64,000 bases of DNA from Clostridia bacterium (GTDB taxonomy: Bacteria > Bacillota > Clostridia > Christensenellales > Aristaeellaceae), in contig JAVXND010000002.1 of NCBI GenBank assembly GCA_036645955.1, positions 36,845 through 100,844 of the forward strand, in the 5' to 3' direction. A program made the position numbers and the translations under genes. A model generated the notes under the pieces. That model was not told the origin of the DNA, did not search any database, and worked only from the letters and a program-made list of their open reading frames with translations. This document shows, one piece after another, positions 9,388 to 18,752 of this stretch (its first letter is position 1; the number at the start of each line of letters is the position of its first letter).

Positions 9388-10503
9388 TCAATCCTCCAAG
9401 CTTTGCGCCGCTTTTTTTAATTCCTCAATGATGGCAATGTGCTGAGGACAAGCCATTTCACATTGGCCGCATGCAATGCAGGCGCTTGCTTTGCCGCTCT
9501 TGCGCACTTGGGCGGCGTAATTGTCTTTGGCGCCTTGAAGATTGCCGAAGGCTTTATAGTGGTTTACCATGCTGAAAATGCCGGGAATTTGAATCCCTTG
9601 CGGGCAATCCTTCACACAATAACGGCAATCCGTGCAAGGAATACGCTCTACGCTTGCCAAACGATTTTGCACTTCAGCAATGACCTGCTGCTCCTGCGCG
9701 CTAAGGGGGGTAAAATGCTCCATGGTGCTCAGGTTATCACGCATTTGCGAGAGGGTGGACATGCCGCTTAATACAGTGATGACCCCTTCCAAGGAAGCCG
9801 CATAGCGGATGGCCCAAGAGGAAAGGGACGCTTCTGGTGCAAATTGACGCATAGGCGCGCTGACCTGCTCCGGCAAATTCGCAAGCGAACCGCCCTTCAC
9901 AGGCTCCATTACAATAACGGGTTTGCCATGTGCGCGAGCTACCTCAAAGCACTTGCGGGACTCAATACTACTGCTTTCCCAATCCGCATAGTTGATTTGG
10001 AGCTGTACAAAATCCATATCGGGATGGGCTTGCAATAGGCTTTCAAGCGTTGCGGCATTGTCATGGAAGGAAAAGCCGAGGCGCTTGATAAGCCCTTCGC
10101 GCTTGCGTGCGGCTAAAAAATCCCAAATGCCGAAATCGTCAAATACCTTCGTGCGTTCACCGCCGCAGTTATGGAAGAGATAGTAATCAAAATAGCCTGC
10201 GCCTGTGCGCTTGAGGCTTGTCCAAAACATTTCTTTGGCTTCCTCGGCGGTTTTGACACTTGCCCATGCGGGCAGCTTGGTGGCCAGAAGGAAGCTTTCC
10301 CGCGGGTAGCGATCGACCAAAGCTGTTTTAGCCGCTTCTTCGGACTTGCCGCCCAAATAGCCATAGGCAGTATCAAAATACGTAAAGCCCTTTTCCATGA
10401 ACAAATCCACCATCTGCTTGGTTTGCTCAATATCCACTTCTTCGCCGCACATAGGCAGACGCATCAGGCCAAAGCCCAGTTTTTTGATTTGGGAAGCTTG
10501 CAT
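9388..10503 (-). CDS. Aldo/keto reductase fused to a C-terminal 2x[4Fe-4S] ferredoxin-like domain
   Basis: N-terminal AKR-like region (GFGLMRLP..., FDTAYGY). The C-terminus carries CTDCRYCVKDCP and CIACGQCEMACP cysteine motifs. RBS is AAAGGATGG. Confidence 0.85.
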   Translation of the reverse strand: MQASQIKKLGFGLMRLPMCGEEVDIEQTKQMVDLFMEKGFTYFDTAYGYLGGKSEEAAKTALVDRYPRESFLLATKLPAWASVKTAEEAKEMFWTSLKRTGAGYFDYYLFHNCGGERTKVFDDFGIWDFLAARKREGLIKRLGFSFHDNAATLESLLQAHPDMDFVQLQINYADWESSSIESRKCFEVARAHGKPVIVMEPVKGGSLANLPEQVSAPMRQFAPEASLSSWAIRYAASLEGVITVLSGMSTLSQMRDNLSTMEHFTPLSAQEQQVIAEVQNRLASVERIPCTDCRYCVKDCPQGIQIPGIFSMVNHYKAFGNLQGAKDNYAAQVRKSGKASACIACGQCEMACPQHIAIIEELKKAAQSLED

Positions 10504-10875
10504 ATCAGACCATCCTTTCGCAATAAACCTATCATAAGATGCTTATCATACACCATGCATAACGGTGCGTCAAATGTTTATAGGGTGACGCTATACTTGT
10601 AGGGGGAACGGTCTTGAACGTTCCGCCGAGCTGGCATTCACCCCCCATTTATCTGTAGCATAACGAGGTATATACAGCCTCATTTTTACGCAATGCGGAT
10701 TTCCTACGAAATTGTTGTCCCCTGCGGTTGCTAAATTGCTGTACACTGTGATAGAATAAGGATTAGGTTCGGAGCTTATATAACGAAGTGAACCTGCGGG
10801 GGCGGAGCCGGTACAAGAGCTGAAAGCGCTTGTAGCATTCGCCTCAAAACGCAATGAACATAGGAAGGTGATACC

Positions 10876-12417
10876 ATGCGTAAACTCATCCCCTGCTTGC
10901 TTTTATTGCTGTTGCTATTTTTAAGCCCGCTCGCTTGCGCCGAAACTTATGTGTTTGACAATATTTTTGCAAGTGTTGAGGTACCAGATAGCTACATTGT
11001 GCTTAACGACGCAAATTTGAATACCTACGCTGATTGGTTGGAATCCCGCGGCACGAGCACGGAGGAGGTTGCCAACGATTTTATTAAGCGCGGCGTGTTG
11101 CTGCAAGCATGGACGGCAGAGTATGATGTGTGCTTTGAGCTGACGGCCGTAGAAAACGAACGCGCCAAAACGATTTTTAATGTGAATGAGCAAAGCACGG
11201 AGGTGCGCGGCTCTTATCGCTTAAGCCACTATCCAGATAACGAATTTGAGCAAGAGGGCTATGAGTTTTCAGCCGCTGATTGGAAAAACACACCAAGCGG
11301 ACGTTTTTTGGTGATGCGCTATCAAAAACGCGACGGCAGTGAAACTGCCTATAGCGGTTTGATGCGCAGAACCATATGCAATGGTCATGAAATTACCTTT
11401 GACATGCAAATTCACGACCGTGCGGTTACCAACAAAGACAATTCCAACCTCAATAGAATTTGGGATTCCTTTCAGTTTATTGAAGTGAAGCCCTTGCCGC
11501 CCTCCGCAAGTGCAAAAATCATCATTGATGAGGTGCCGCCAACCGAAACCAACGATCAGAGCTTTTCAATCGATGGTACAGCGGCCGAAGGCGTGAAGCT
11601 TACAGCAGTGGTCATGGGGCTGAGCCATCCGGAACCGCTTATTTCCGAGGTGATGGTAGGCGCAAACGGCAAATTTAAGCTGCCGATTAAGCTGCCCAAG
11701 GAAGGCGTGTTCCTGATTACCATCACAGGTGAGTATCAAGGCGAGGATGTGGTAGAGTTTGCCTATCCCGTAACCTATCAAAGCACCCTGCTCACTGTGA
11801 ACCTGACCACAAAAATTCCTGAAATCATAACCACATCCGACCTCACCCTGCTAGGCACCTCTGAACCTGGTGCAACCATTCAAGTTTTTGTGAACGGCGA
11901 GGCCGCTTTCACAAAAAAGGTGACTGCCGCAGGCCGTTTCAAATTAGAGCTGGATACTTCCGCCGAAGGACCCTATGAAGTTGTTTTGGCCTTTTCTAAA
12001 AAACAGCTTGCTGACCGCCGTATTACATTAAAATTTTCGCGCAAGTGGATGGAAACGGATATGCTCAAGGAGCTGAAAAATCAAGCCATTAAACCCGGCT
12101 ATGGCAATCTGGTTAAAAAAATGAAGGGCTACGAAGGGCGTGTCATGGGCTACCGTGCCTACTTTGTCAACATCACTCAAAGCGGGGATGAGTGGATTGC
12201 ACAAATGGCGCTTACCAAAAAGGGCGATACATACAGCGGTATGATTTTGGTTACTTGTAAAGAAAAACCAAGCTATGCCGTGGGTGAGCGTGTCATGATG
12301 TATGGTACCTGTGTGGGCATGTCCCTTGGTAACGCAGAGGAAGGGCAAGCGGAGGGAACGCCTGCGGAAAGCTATCCTTGCTTTGAATTGCTGCTGTTTG
12401 TGAACCTGAAGCAATAG
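10876..12417 (+). CDS. Secreted hypothetical protein with Ig-like beta-rich repeats
   Basis: Signal peptide MRKLIPCLLLLLLLFLSPLACA; RBS GGAAGGTG. Internal segments such as GATIQVFVNGEAAFTKKVTAAGRFKLELD resemble bacterial Ig-like folds. No family was recognised. Confidence 0.65.
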   Translation: MRKLIPCLLLLLLLFLSPLACAETYVFDNIFASVEVPDSYIVLNDANLNTYADWLESRGTSTEEVANDFIKRGVLLQAWTAEYDVCFELTAVENERAKTIFNVNEQSTEVRGSYRLSHYPDNEFEQEGYEFSAADWKNTPSGRFLVMRYQKRDGSETAYSGLMRRTICNGHEITFDMQIHDRAVTNKDNSNLNRIWDSFQFIEVKPLPPSASAKIIIDEVPPTETNDQSFSIDGTAAEGVKLTAVVMGLSHPEPLISEVMVGANGKFKLPIKLPKEGVFLITITGEYQGEDVVEFAYPVTYQSTLLTVNLTTKIPEIITTSDLTLLGTSEPGATIQVFVNGEAAFTKKVTAAGRFKLELDTSAEGPYEVVLAFSKKQLADRRITLKFSRKWMETDMLKELKNQAIKPGYGNLVKKMKGYEGRVMGYRAYFVNITQSGDEWIAQMALTKKGDTYSGMILVTCKEKPSYAVGERVMMYGTCVGMSLGNAEEGQAEGTPAESYPCFELLLFVNLKQ

Positions 12418-12448
12418 CACGGAGGACAATGCATTTTAACCAAATACG

Positions 12449-12485
12449 AAAACGGAGCCAATGCAATCCGCATTGGCTCCGTTTT
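12449..12485. terminator. Bidirectional rho-independent terminator between convergent genes
   Basis: AAAACGGAGCCAATGC - aatcc - GCATTGGCTCCGTTTT: a 16-bp perfect stem with A/T flanks built into the stem ends. Confidence 0.85.
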
Positions 12486-12496
12486 ACTGCAATGAA

Positions 12497-13570
12497 TCAA
12501 TCGCCTAGGGCAATGCCCATATTACGCGCGGTTATCACCATAATATCGTCCTTGGGTACGGGCTTGGGAACGCTTGCGATATCCTTCAAATCGTTATGTA
12601 TGATTTTACTGCCGCTTAGCGCAACGGTTACCCCATAGTGCTCGTCGCGAATCAATTCGGCGGCATGAGCGCCAAATTGTGTGGAAAGCACGCGATCGTA
12701 TGCGCTGGGGCTGCCTCCGCGCTGAATATGACCAGGCACCACACTTCTGGCTTCTACGCCCACCATGGTTTCCAGCTCGGCCGCGATGCGCTTGCTGATG
12801 CAGTCATACGGCAGGGACGCGCGATAGGCCTCGCGGTCTTTTTTCTTCATTTTGGCTTCCTCGGCGCTCATGGCACCTTCGGCAACCGCTAGGATGGAAA
12901 AAGGCTTTTTGCTCTTGGCGCGGGCTTCTACCGTTTGGGCAACCTTTTCAATGTCGTAAGGAATTTCGGGCAGCAATATGACATCCGCACCACCTGCAAG
13001 GCCTGCGTACAGCGTGAGCCAGCCTGCTTTGTTGCCCATGATTTCGATTACCATGCAACGGCCGTGACTGGTGGCGGTGGTATGAATGCGGTCAATGACT
13101 TCTGTGGCAATATCCACTGCGGTGTGGAAGCCAAAGGTGAAGTCGGTGCCAAAAATATCGTTATCAATTGTCTTTGGCAGACCAATGACATTCAAGCCCT
13201 CCTCGCTTAACAGGTTGGCTGTTTTGTGCGTGCCGTTTCCGCCTAGGGTGACAAGGCAATCCAGCTTTAAATCACGGTAGGTTTTTTTCATGGCGGCAAC
13301 TTTGTCAACGCCTGTTTCATCAATGACGCGCATGTTGCGAAACGGTTGGCGGCTGGTGCCTAAAATGGTGCCGCCCAACGTTAAAATGCCTGAAAACTGC
13401 TTTTTGGTCATCTCTTGATATTCGCCCTCGATCAATCCGCCGTAACCGTTGCGGATGCCGATGATTTCAGCGTCAAAAAGCTCGTAAGCCGCACGCGCCA
13501 CCCCTCGAATGGCCGCGTTTAGACCAGGACAATCACCGCCGCTGGTTAAAATGCCGATTCTACGCTTCAT
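12497..13570 (-). CDS. pfkA: 6-phosphofructokinase (PFK-A family; ATP vs PPi specificity not resolved)
   Basis: MKRRIGILTSGGDCPGLNAAIRGV..., TLGGNGT, PKTIDND and MGNKAGWL motifs. Start moved to ATG 13570, preceded by AAGGAG. Confidence 0.9.
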   Translation of the reverse strand: MKRRIGILTSGGDCPGLNAAIRGVARAAYELFDAEIIGIRNGYGGLIEGEYQEMTKKQFSGILTLGGTILGTSRQPFRNMRVIDETGVDKVAAMKKTYRDLKLDCLVTLGGNGTHKTANLLSEEGLNVIGLPKTIDNDIFGTDFTFGFHTAVDIATEVIDRIHTTATSHGRCMVIEIMGNKAGWLTLYAGLAGGADVILLPEIPYDIEKVAQTVEARAKSKKPFSILAVAEGAMSAEEAKMKKKDREAYRASLPYDCISKRIAAELETMVGVEARSVVPGHIQRGGSPSAYDRVLSTQFGAHAAELIRDEHYGVTVALSGSKIIHNDLKDIASVPKPVPKDDIMVITARNMGIALGD

Positions 13571-13741
13571 AATGAATCCGCTCCTTTTCAATCTTTGAAT
13601 ATTCTGTCAACTGATTATAGCACGTGATGGAATACTTGACAATGAAAAGCTTGACGATAGCAAAGCAGAAGGTTATGATGGCTAGGATATGACGTAAGGG
13701 AGAGGATTGCCATTCGTGCTTTAAAGGGAATATCTGCACCT

Positions 13742-14371
13742 GTGCTGTCTGAAACGCTCCAAGCGGGCGAGGAACTGCAAGCTGTAGCACAAGCCGCATT
13801 GGAAGCGGATGGGGACGTATTTGGTTTCCGTTTTTCACAGGATCAACTGGAAGAGCTTACCGGAACCTTGCTCGAATTTTCGGGCTGTGTGTTTGAACAT
13901 TGTATTTTTGAGCCGCAGAGCGTGAAGCGCATCAGCTTTGTAGATTGTGTATTTCAAAAATGTGAGCTTAGCAACGCTAAATTTGACAATGCTACTTTTC
14001 AGCGCACTTATTTTGACAATTGCCGCATGACGGGCGTAGAGTTTACCCGCGGCACCATGATGAACGTTGCTTTTGTGGAGTGCATGCTGGACTATTTGTC
14101 TGTAGCTGAAACCAAGCTGGATCGCGTGAGCTTTTCCGATTGCCGCATGCGGCAAAGCCTTTGGTCAAGCGTCAAGCTTCAAAAAGCAACCTTTCAAAAC
14201 GCGGATTTGATTCAAACACAGTGGATGCGGACAAGCCTTGCGGGTCTTGACATGACAAGCTGTGAAATAGAGGGCTGGACCATTGATTTGTTTGATTTAA
14301 GAGGCCTTACTGTAACGGCGGTACAGGCGGTGCAATTGAGCGGTTTGCTGGGCATTGTGATTGCCCCGTAG
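13742..14371 (+). CDS. Pentapeptide-repeat protein
   Basis: Long run of A(D/N)LxX-type pentapeptides (CVFQKCELSNAKFDNATFQRTYFDNCRMTGVEF...). The start is uncertain: GTG 13742 lacks an RBS (see finding). Confidence 0.75.
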   Translation: MLSETLQAGEELQAVAQAALEADGDVFGFRFSQDQLEELTGTLLEFSGCVFEHCIFEPQSVKRISFVDCVFQKCELSNAKFDNATFQRTYFDNCRMTGVEFTRGTMMNVAFVECMLDYLSVAETKLDRVSFSDCRMRQSLWSSVKLQKATFQNADLIQTQWMRTSLAGLDMTSCEIEGWTIDLFDLRGLTVTAVQAVQLSGLLGIVIAP

Positions 14372-14375
14372 AGGC

Positions 14376-16121
14376 TTAACGGCTTGCGTCGTTGCTAATG
14401 CTTGAAATATCCTCAGGGGACAGCCCAATCAACAGGGTTTGAAAATTGGTATAGGTTACAAAGCCCGCCACAGCGCTGGCGGCTTTTTTGACGTATTTGC
14501 GCTTGGTATAATCCACTGGCTGTGACGGATGATTTCGACCCTTGCTGTAATAGGCCGCGAGCTTGGCGGCGTAAAGCAAAGCGTCATCCGTTGGTTCAGT
14601 CTCGGTGCGGATAATGACATGCGAGCCTGGAATGCCCTGCGCGTGCAGCCATGTTTCGTTGCCCCTTGCGTGCAAGGTGAGCCGGTCGTTTTGGAGGGCG
14701 TTTTTACCCACTTCAATTTCTGTGCCATCGGGAGCCAAAAAGCGATAGGGCTTGCCCTCCAACAGCTTCTTTTTTTTGCGCAAAGTGGGATCGGGACGCA
14801 GAAAACCGCCTTCGGTCAGCACATAACGAATTTCAGCCATATCGGTTGTGGTTTCGCACTTGTCCAAATCCTCCAGAGCGTTTTCAAGCAACAGCAGGTC
14901 GCTTTCGATGGTTTGCAGCTGTTCGCGGGCGTATTGCTCGGCGGTTTTGGCCTTGCGATATTTTTTATAATAGCTTTGCGCGTTTTGGGCGGGCGTTTTA
15001 AGGGTGGAAATGGGGATTTGCACCATGGGGCAATCGTCAACATAATAGTTTTGCACAGAAACACTGTCTTGCCCCTTGCGGATGGTGTGGAGGCTGGCGG
15101 TAAGCAGATCGCCAAAAATGCGATCCTGATCAGCCTTTTCGCCTTGCAGCAGTGCATCCATCATAATGCCTTTTTTCTTTTCGGTGCGCTCCAAAGCGCT
15201 TTTGATATGCTTTTGAAGTCCGGCATTCTTTTGCTGCATGCGCAGGCGCAAATCACGACCCAAATAAAACTCGTCCATGGCGGCGCTCAGGCTGGGCATG
15301 GGTTGTTGCTTTTGCGCTTGAAAAGTAAGGTAGGGAAAAGGAAAAAAATCGATGGCTAAACCCGTGTCGTCAAAAAGCGTAACAGGGGCGGCTTTGTTAT
15401 TTAAACCTTTGAAAAAATCTGCCAATTTTGCGGCCACAGGTGCCATGCTCAGCTCATTGATGGGCGTGGCAGAAGCGATGCCTATTTGAGCACAAACTTC
15501 CTTTGCACATAGGCTTGCCATGCCAGCCACACATTCAGCCAGACCTTTTGAAAGTGAAGCGGGCAGTGCGGTGAGGCGTGTGAAAAGGGAAGCTTCGCAC
15601 AGCTCCTTGGGCGTGAGCTTATCGTGCTGGGGCGGCAAGCAGTATTCAACCCCCGGCAAAACGGTGCGAACGCGGCTCATTTCACTGTTTACATGCCTGA
15701 TGGAATCCAAAACAATGCCCTGCTCATTTGTTAAAATGAGGTTGCTATAGCGTCCCATCAGCTCAAGATAGAGCGTTTTTTGCACATGATCACTTAAATC
15801 GCCGATGCAGTCAAAAACAATGGCTAAAATACGGTCGCCGTTCACTTGATAAAGATCCACAATGCGTGCGCCCAGCAAATGCTTGCGCATCAGCATGCAA
15901 AACATGGGCGGTTCAGAGGGGTTTTCGTAGCTTTGGGCGGTAAGCTGCACACGCGCTTGACCCGCGTTTGCGCTCAAAAGCAGCTTATGATTGCCGCCGC
16001 TGCGAACAAGGATCAGCAGAGCGTCACGTTCTGGTTGATTGATCTTATCAACCCGCCCACCCAGCAATGTATCGTGCAGCTCTTTGCTCAAAAATGAGAG
16101 GGTAAAGCCATCCATAGGCAT
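14376..16121 (-). CDS. rqcH: NFACT-family ribosome quality control protein RqcH (FbpA-like)
   Basis: N-terminal MPMDGFTL...LLGGRVDKINQP..., a coiled-coil middle region, and C-terminal WLHAQGIPGSHVII (NFACT-R). Length is 581 aa. Confidence 0.85.
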   Translation of the reverse strand: MPMDGFTLSFLSKELHDTLLGGRVDKINQPERDALLILVRSGGNHKLLLSANAGQARVQLTAQSYENPSEPPMFCMLMRKHLLGARIVDLYQVNGDRILAIVFDCIGDLSDHVQKTLYLELMGRYSNLILTNEQGIVLDSIRHVNSEMSRVRTVLPGVEYCLPPQHDKLTPKELCEASLFTRLTALPASLSKGLAECVAGMASLCAKEVCAQIGIASATPINELSMAPVAAKLADFFKGLNNKAAPVTLFDDTGLAIDFFPFPYLTFQAQKQQPMPSLSAAMDEFYLGRDLRLRMQQKNAGLQKHIKSALERTEKKKGIMMDALLQGEKADQDRIFGDLLTASLHTIRKGQDSVSVQNYYVDDCPMVQIPISTLKTPAQNAQSYYKKYRKAKTAEQYAREQLQTIESDLLLLENALEDLDKCETTTDMAEIRYVLTEGGFLRPDPTLRKKKKLLEGKPYRFLAPDGTEIEVGKNALQNDRLTLHARGNETWLHAQGIPGSHVIIRTETEPTDDALLYAAKLAAYYSKGRNHPSQPVDYTKRKYVKKAASAVAGFVTYTNFQTLLIGLSPEDISSISNDASR

Positions 16122-16290
16122 AATGCATTTCCTCCCTACGCGCGGCTTTGCCTCGCGTTGCTCACAGGCGTTTGATGGCGTTAATCATAGCACAAGAAAG
16201 AAAAAAGCGCAATGAAGCCGCTGAATCGGCATGGAACGCAAGCTTCCATCATACATTGAGAATGCAATCGACAGCTGAGGAGAGGATACA

Positions 16291-17313
16291 ATGAAAATCA
16301 AACGAGCCGATATCGAACGAATTCTCATTTTGTGCGCGGCGGTGCTCGTGGTGGTGCTTGCGCTACAAGGCAATGAGCAAACCACCTCGCAGGTGCTGGT
16401 GGAGCAGGGCGAGGTGCCCACGGAACAAACCATGGCAAAGGAGCAGGGGGAAACGGTGCCTACAGTGGTGTTTTATCAGGATGGAGATGGTTACTTAGTA
16501 CCTGTGACGCGTCAAGTGGCAAAAACGGACGGCATTGCCAAGGCAACCTTAGCTTTGATGGTCAAAAACAGTGAAAATGATATGCAAGCCGCGCGTTTAG
16601 GCCTGCGTACAGTCATTCCTGAGGGCACCAAATTCGACATTGCCATAAAGGATGGACGCGCCAATGTCAACGTAAGCAAAGAAGCGCTGGATTGCGCAAC
16701 CGCGGAGCAGGAAACGCTGATGGTGGATGCCATCACCAATGCCATGACCTGCTTTAGCACAGTAGAGGAAGTCACCCTTGAATTTGATGGGCAAAAGCGA
16801 AGCAAGCTTACCTATGGCACCGATGTGAGCGGCGCGTTTGCGGGCGGAAACTTAAACCTTGAAAGTGTGGAAACATTTTCAGCTGACAGCAATCTGGTTC
16901 AGCTGTATTTCCCCTCCCAAACGGGCAGGATGCTTGTGCCCATCACCCGTTCTGTGTTTAGCAATGCGGACCCCAGCACAGCCATGCTGGAGCTTGCGAA
17001 AGGGCCAAGGGGGGATAGCGGGCTAGAGCGGGCATTGCCTGAAAACTGCGGCATCAAGGATGTCAGCATGAAAAACGGCGTGGTTACCGTGAACTTTTCA
17101 AAGGAGTTTAAGCAGACCCTTGAGGCAACGGATGGCGGAAAGCAAGCGGTGCGTGCGATTCTCTTTACCTGTTCGCAGTTTCCAGGCGTGAAAAAGGTAG
17201 AGGTGCTGGTGGATGGCACAAAGCTTTCGGCAGAGCCTGAAACGGCTTCCACTTTTGTAAACGTTGAAGAAGAAGTGATTGCGCAATACCCCGGTGTGGT
17301 GGAAATGGATTAA
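16291..17313 (+). CDS. gerM: GerMN-domain germination/sporulation lipoprotein-like protein GerM
   Basis: Two GerMN-like repeats (VVFYQDGDGYLVPVTRQV; VQLYFPSQTGRMLVPITRSV). The synteny with rph matches the Bacillus subtilis gerM-rph-ysnA-ysnB order as I recall it. Confidence 0.75.
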   Translation: MKIKRADIERILILCAAVLVVVLALQGNEQTTSQVLVEQGEVPTEQTMAKEQGETVPTVVFYQDGDGYLVPVTRQVAKTDGIAKATLALMVKNSENDMQAARLGLRTVIPEGTKFDIAIKDGRANVNVSKEALDCATAEQETLMVDAITNAMTCFSTVEEVTLEFDGQKRSKLTYGTDVSGAFAGGNLNLESVETFSADSNLVQLYFPSQTGRMLVPITRSVFSNADPSTAMLELAKGPRGDSGLERALPENCGIKDVSMKNGVVTVNFSKEFKQTLEATDGGKQAVRAILFTCSQFPGVKKVEVLVDGTKLSAEPETASTFVNVEEEVIAQYPGVVEMD

Positions 17314-17360
17314 CAATCAAAACTGGACAATGGTTAACAATCACTGTATAATCAACACAA

Positions 17361-17409
17361 TGGCAAAGGGGCGTGCAAGTAAAACTGCCATGCCCCTTTG
17401 CCATATTTT
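17361..17409 (+). terminator. Rho-independent terminator after gerM
   Basis: TGGCAAAGGGGC...GCCCCTTTGCCA stem followed by TATTTT. Confidence 0.8.
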
Positions 17410-17438
17410 GATTGAAACAGAAGCGAGGAACAACAGAT

Positions 17439-18752
17439 ATGCAGCGTCAAGATAACCGAAAGCCTACCATGCCGCGCCCATGCCAAATACAGATTGATTT
17501 TGTGGGAACCGCAGATGGCAGCTGCTTGATTGCAACTGGCAAAACACGCGTGATTTGTACTGCGAGTGTTGAGGAAGGCGTTCCGCCTTTTTTACGCGGT
17601 GCGGGCAAAGGCTGGGTTACGGCAGAATATGCTATGCTGCCCGCCTCTACAGGTAAGCGCAAGGCGAGGGACGGCATCAAAAAGGATGGACGAAGTGTGG
17701 AAATTCAACGCCTGATCGGCCGTGCCCTGCGCCAAGCGGTGGACATGCAAAAATTGGGCGAGCGAACCATCACGCTGGATTGTGATGTGCTTGAAGCCGA
17801 CGGCGGCACGCGCACAGCATCCATCACAGGGGCTTTTGTAGCGCTGGTGCTTGCGGTGGACAAGCTTATGAAAAATGGCCGAATCGAAGAAAACCCGATT
17901 GTTTCTCAAATAGCGGCAATCAGCGCGGGGATTGTAGGGGACACCCCCATGCTTGATTTGTGCTACGTGGAAGACAGCAACGCTCAAGCTGATATGAACT
18001 TTGTAATGAACCAACGCGGCGAATTTATTGAATTGCAGGGCACTGGCGAAGGGCGCGCCTTTACCAACCGCGAGCTTGCCACCTTGCTAAACCAAGGCCG
18101 CCTTGGTGTGCGGGAGCTCATGCGGCGGCAACGCAACGCATTATCGGGGCGCGGCGATTGGCTGTTGCCGCCCCAGCGCTTGGTTGTGGCCAGCGGAAAC
18201 GCACACAAGCTCAAGGAGCTTTCGGAAATTTTTGGCGGCACCTATGAGCTGATTTCCATGAAGGAAGCGGGCTTTGAGGATGAGGTTGACGAAACGGGCG
18301 CTACCTTCAGCGAAAACGCCGTATTGAAAGCCGAAGCGGTGATGAAACAAACGGGCTTGCCCACCCTTGCGGATGACAGCGGGCTTAGCGTAGATGCGCT
18401 TGACGGCGCGCCTGGCGTGCGAAGCGCAAGGTATGCAGGGGATCATGGAAATGATCAAGCAAACAATCTTTTGCTGCTTCAAAATATGGCGGAGATCAAA
18501 AACCGCGCCTGCCGTTTTGTGTGCGCCATGGCTTTGGCGCTGCCGGGAGAAGAAACGCGCACAGTGGCGGGGGAGTGTCCAGGTGAATTGCTCTATGAGC
18601 ACGCAGGTGAAAGCGGTTTTGGATATGACCCGCTGTTTCGCTATGAAAATGGAAAAACCTTTGGGGAAATGAGTGAAAAACAAAAAAATGCCGTGAGCCA
18701 CCGCGCCCGTGCGGCTGAAAAAATGAAACGGCTGCTTGCGGAGGTCTTATGA
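17439..18752 (+). CDS. rph: Fusion protein: ribonuclease PH + dITP/XTP pyrophosphatase (RdgB/HAM1)
   Basis: The N-terminal half has RNase PH features (GSCLIATGKTRVICTASV, TAEYAMLPAST, DCDVLEADGGTRTA). The C-terminal half is RdgB-like (LVVASGNAHKLKE, ADDSGL, FGYDPLF, SHRA). Start is ATG 17439 after GAGGA. Confidence 0.9.
   Translation: MQRQDNRKPTMPRPCQIQIDFVGTADGSCLIATGKTRVICTASVEEGVPPFLRGAGKGWVTAEYAMLPASTGKRKARDGIKKDGRSVEIQRLIGRALRQAVDMQKLGERTITLDCDVLEADGGTRTASITGAFVALVLAVDKLMKNGRIEENPIVSQIAAISAGIVGDTPMLDLCYVEDSNAQADMNFVMNQRGEFIELQGTGEGRAFTNRELATLLNQGRLGVRELMRRQRNALSGRGDWLLPPQRLVVASGNAHKLKELSEIFGGTYELISMKEAGFEDEVDETGATFSENAVLKAEAVMKQTGLPTLADDSGLSVDALDGAPGVRSARYAGDHGNDQANNLLLLQNMAEIKNRACRFVCAMALALPGEETRTVAGECPGELLYEHAGESGFGYDPLFRYENGKTFGEMSEKQKNAVSHRARAAEKMKRLLAEVL

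Noticed and set aside
10600-10740. Pieces resembling c-di-AMP (ydaO-type) riboswitch strings on the minus strand (GGGGGGTGAATGCC, CCTCGTTATGC, GCAGGGGAC, GAAATCCGC).
   Set aside because: The order of the blocks does not match the consensus order as I remember it, and the downstream gene (an AKR) is not a typical ydaO-regulated function. A covariance-model scan is needed before any call.
10591-10854. 87-aa minus-strand ORF in the long intergenic region.
   Set aside because: It has no Shine-Dalgarno, atypical composition and no recognisable motif. The region is treated as non-coding or a possible RNA (see finding).
14766-14778. T8 homopolymer in rqcH (also a T8 near 45330 in the 346-aa hypothetical gene) as possible phase-variation tracts.
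   Set aside because: They encode Lys/Phe runs in otherwise intact frames, and eight nucleotides is short for slipped-strand switching. There is no supporting evidence.
14529-15359. 276-aa plus-strand ORF.
   Set aside because: It is antisense to rqcH, whose NFACT motifs are unambiguous, and it has no RBS.
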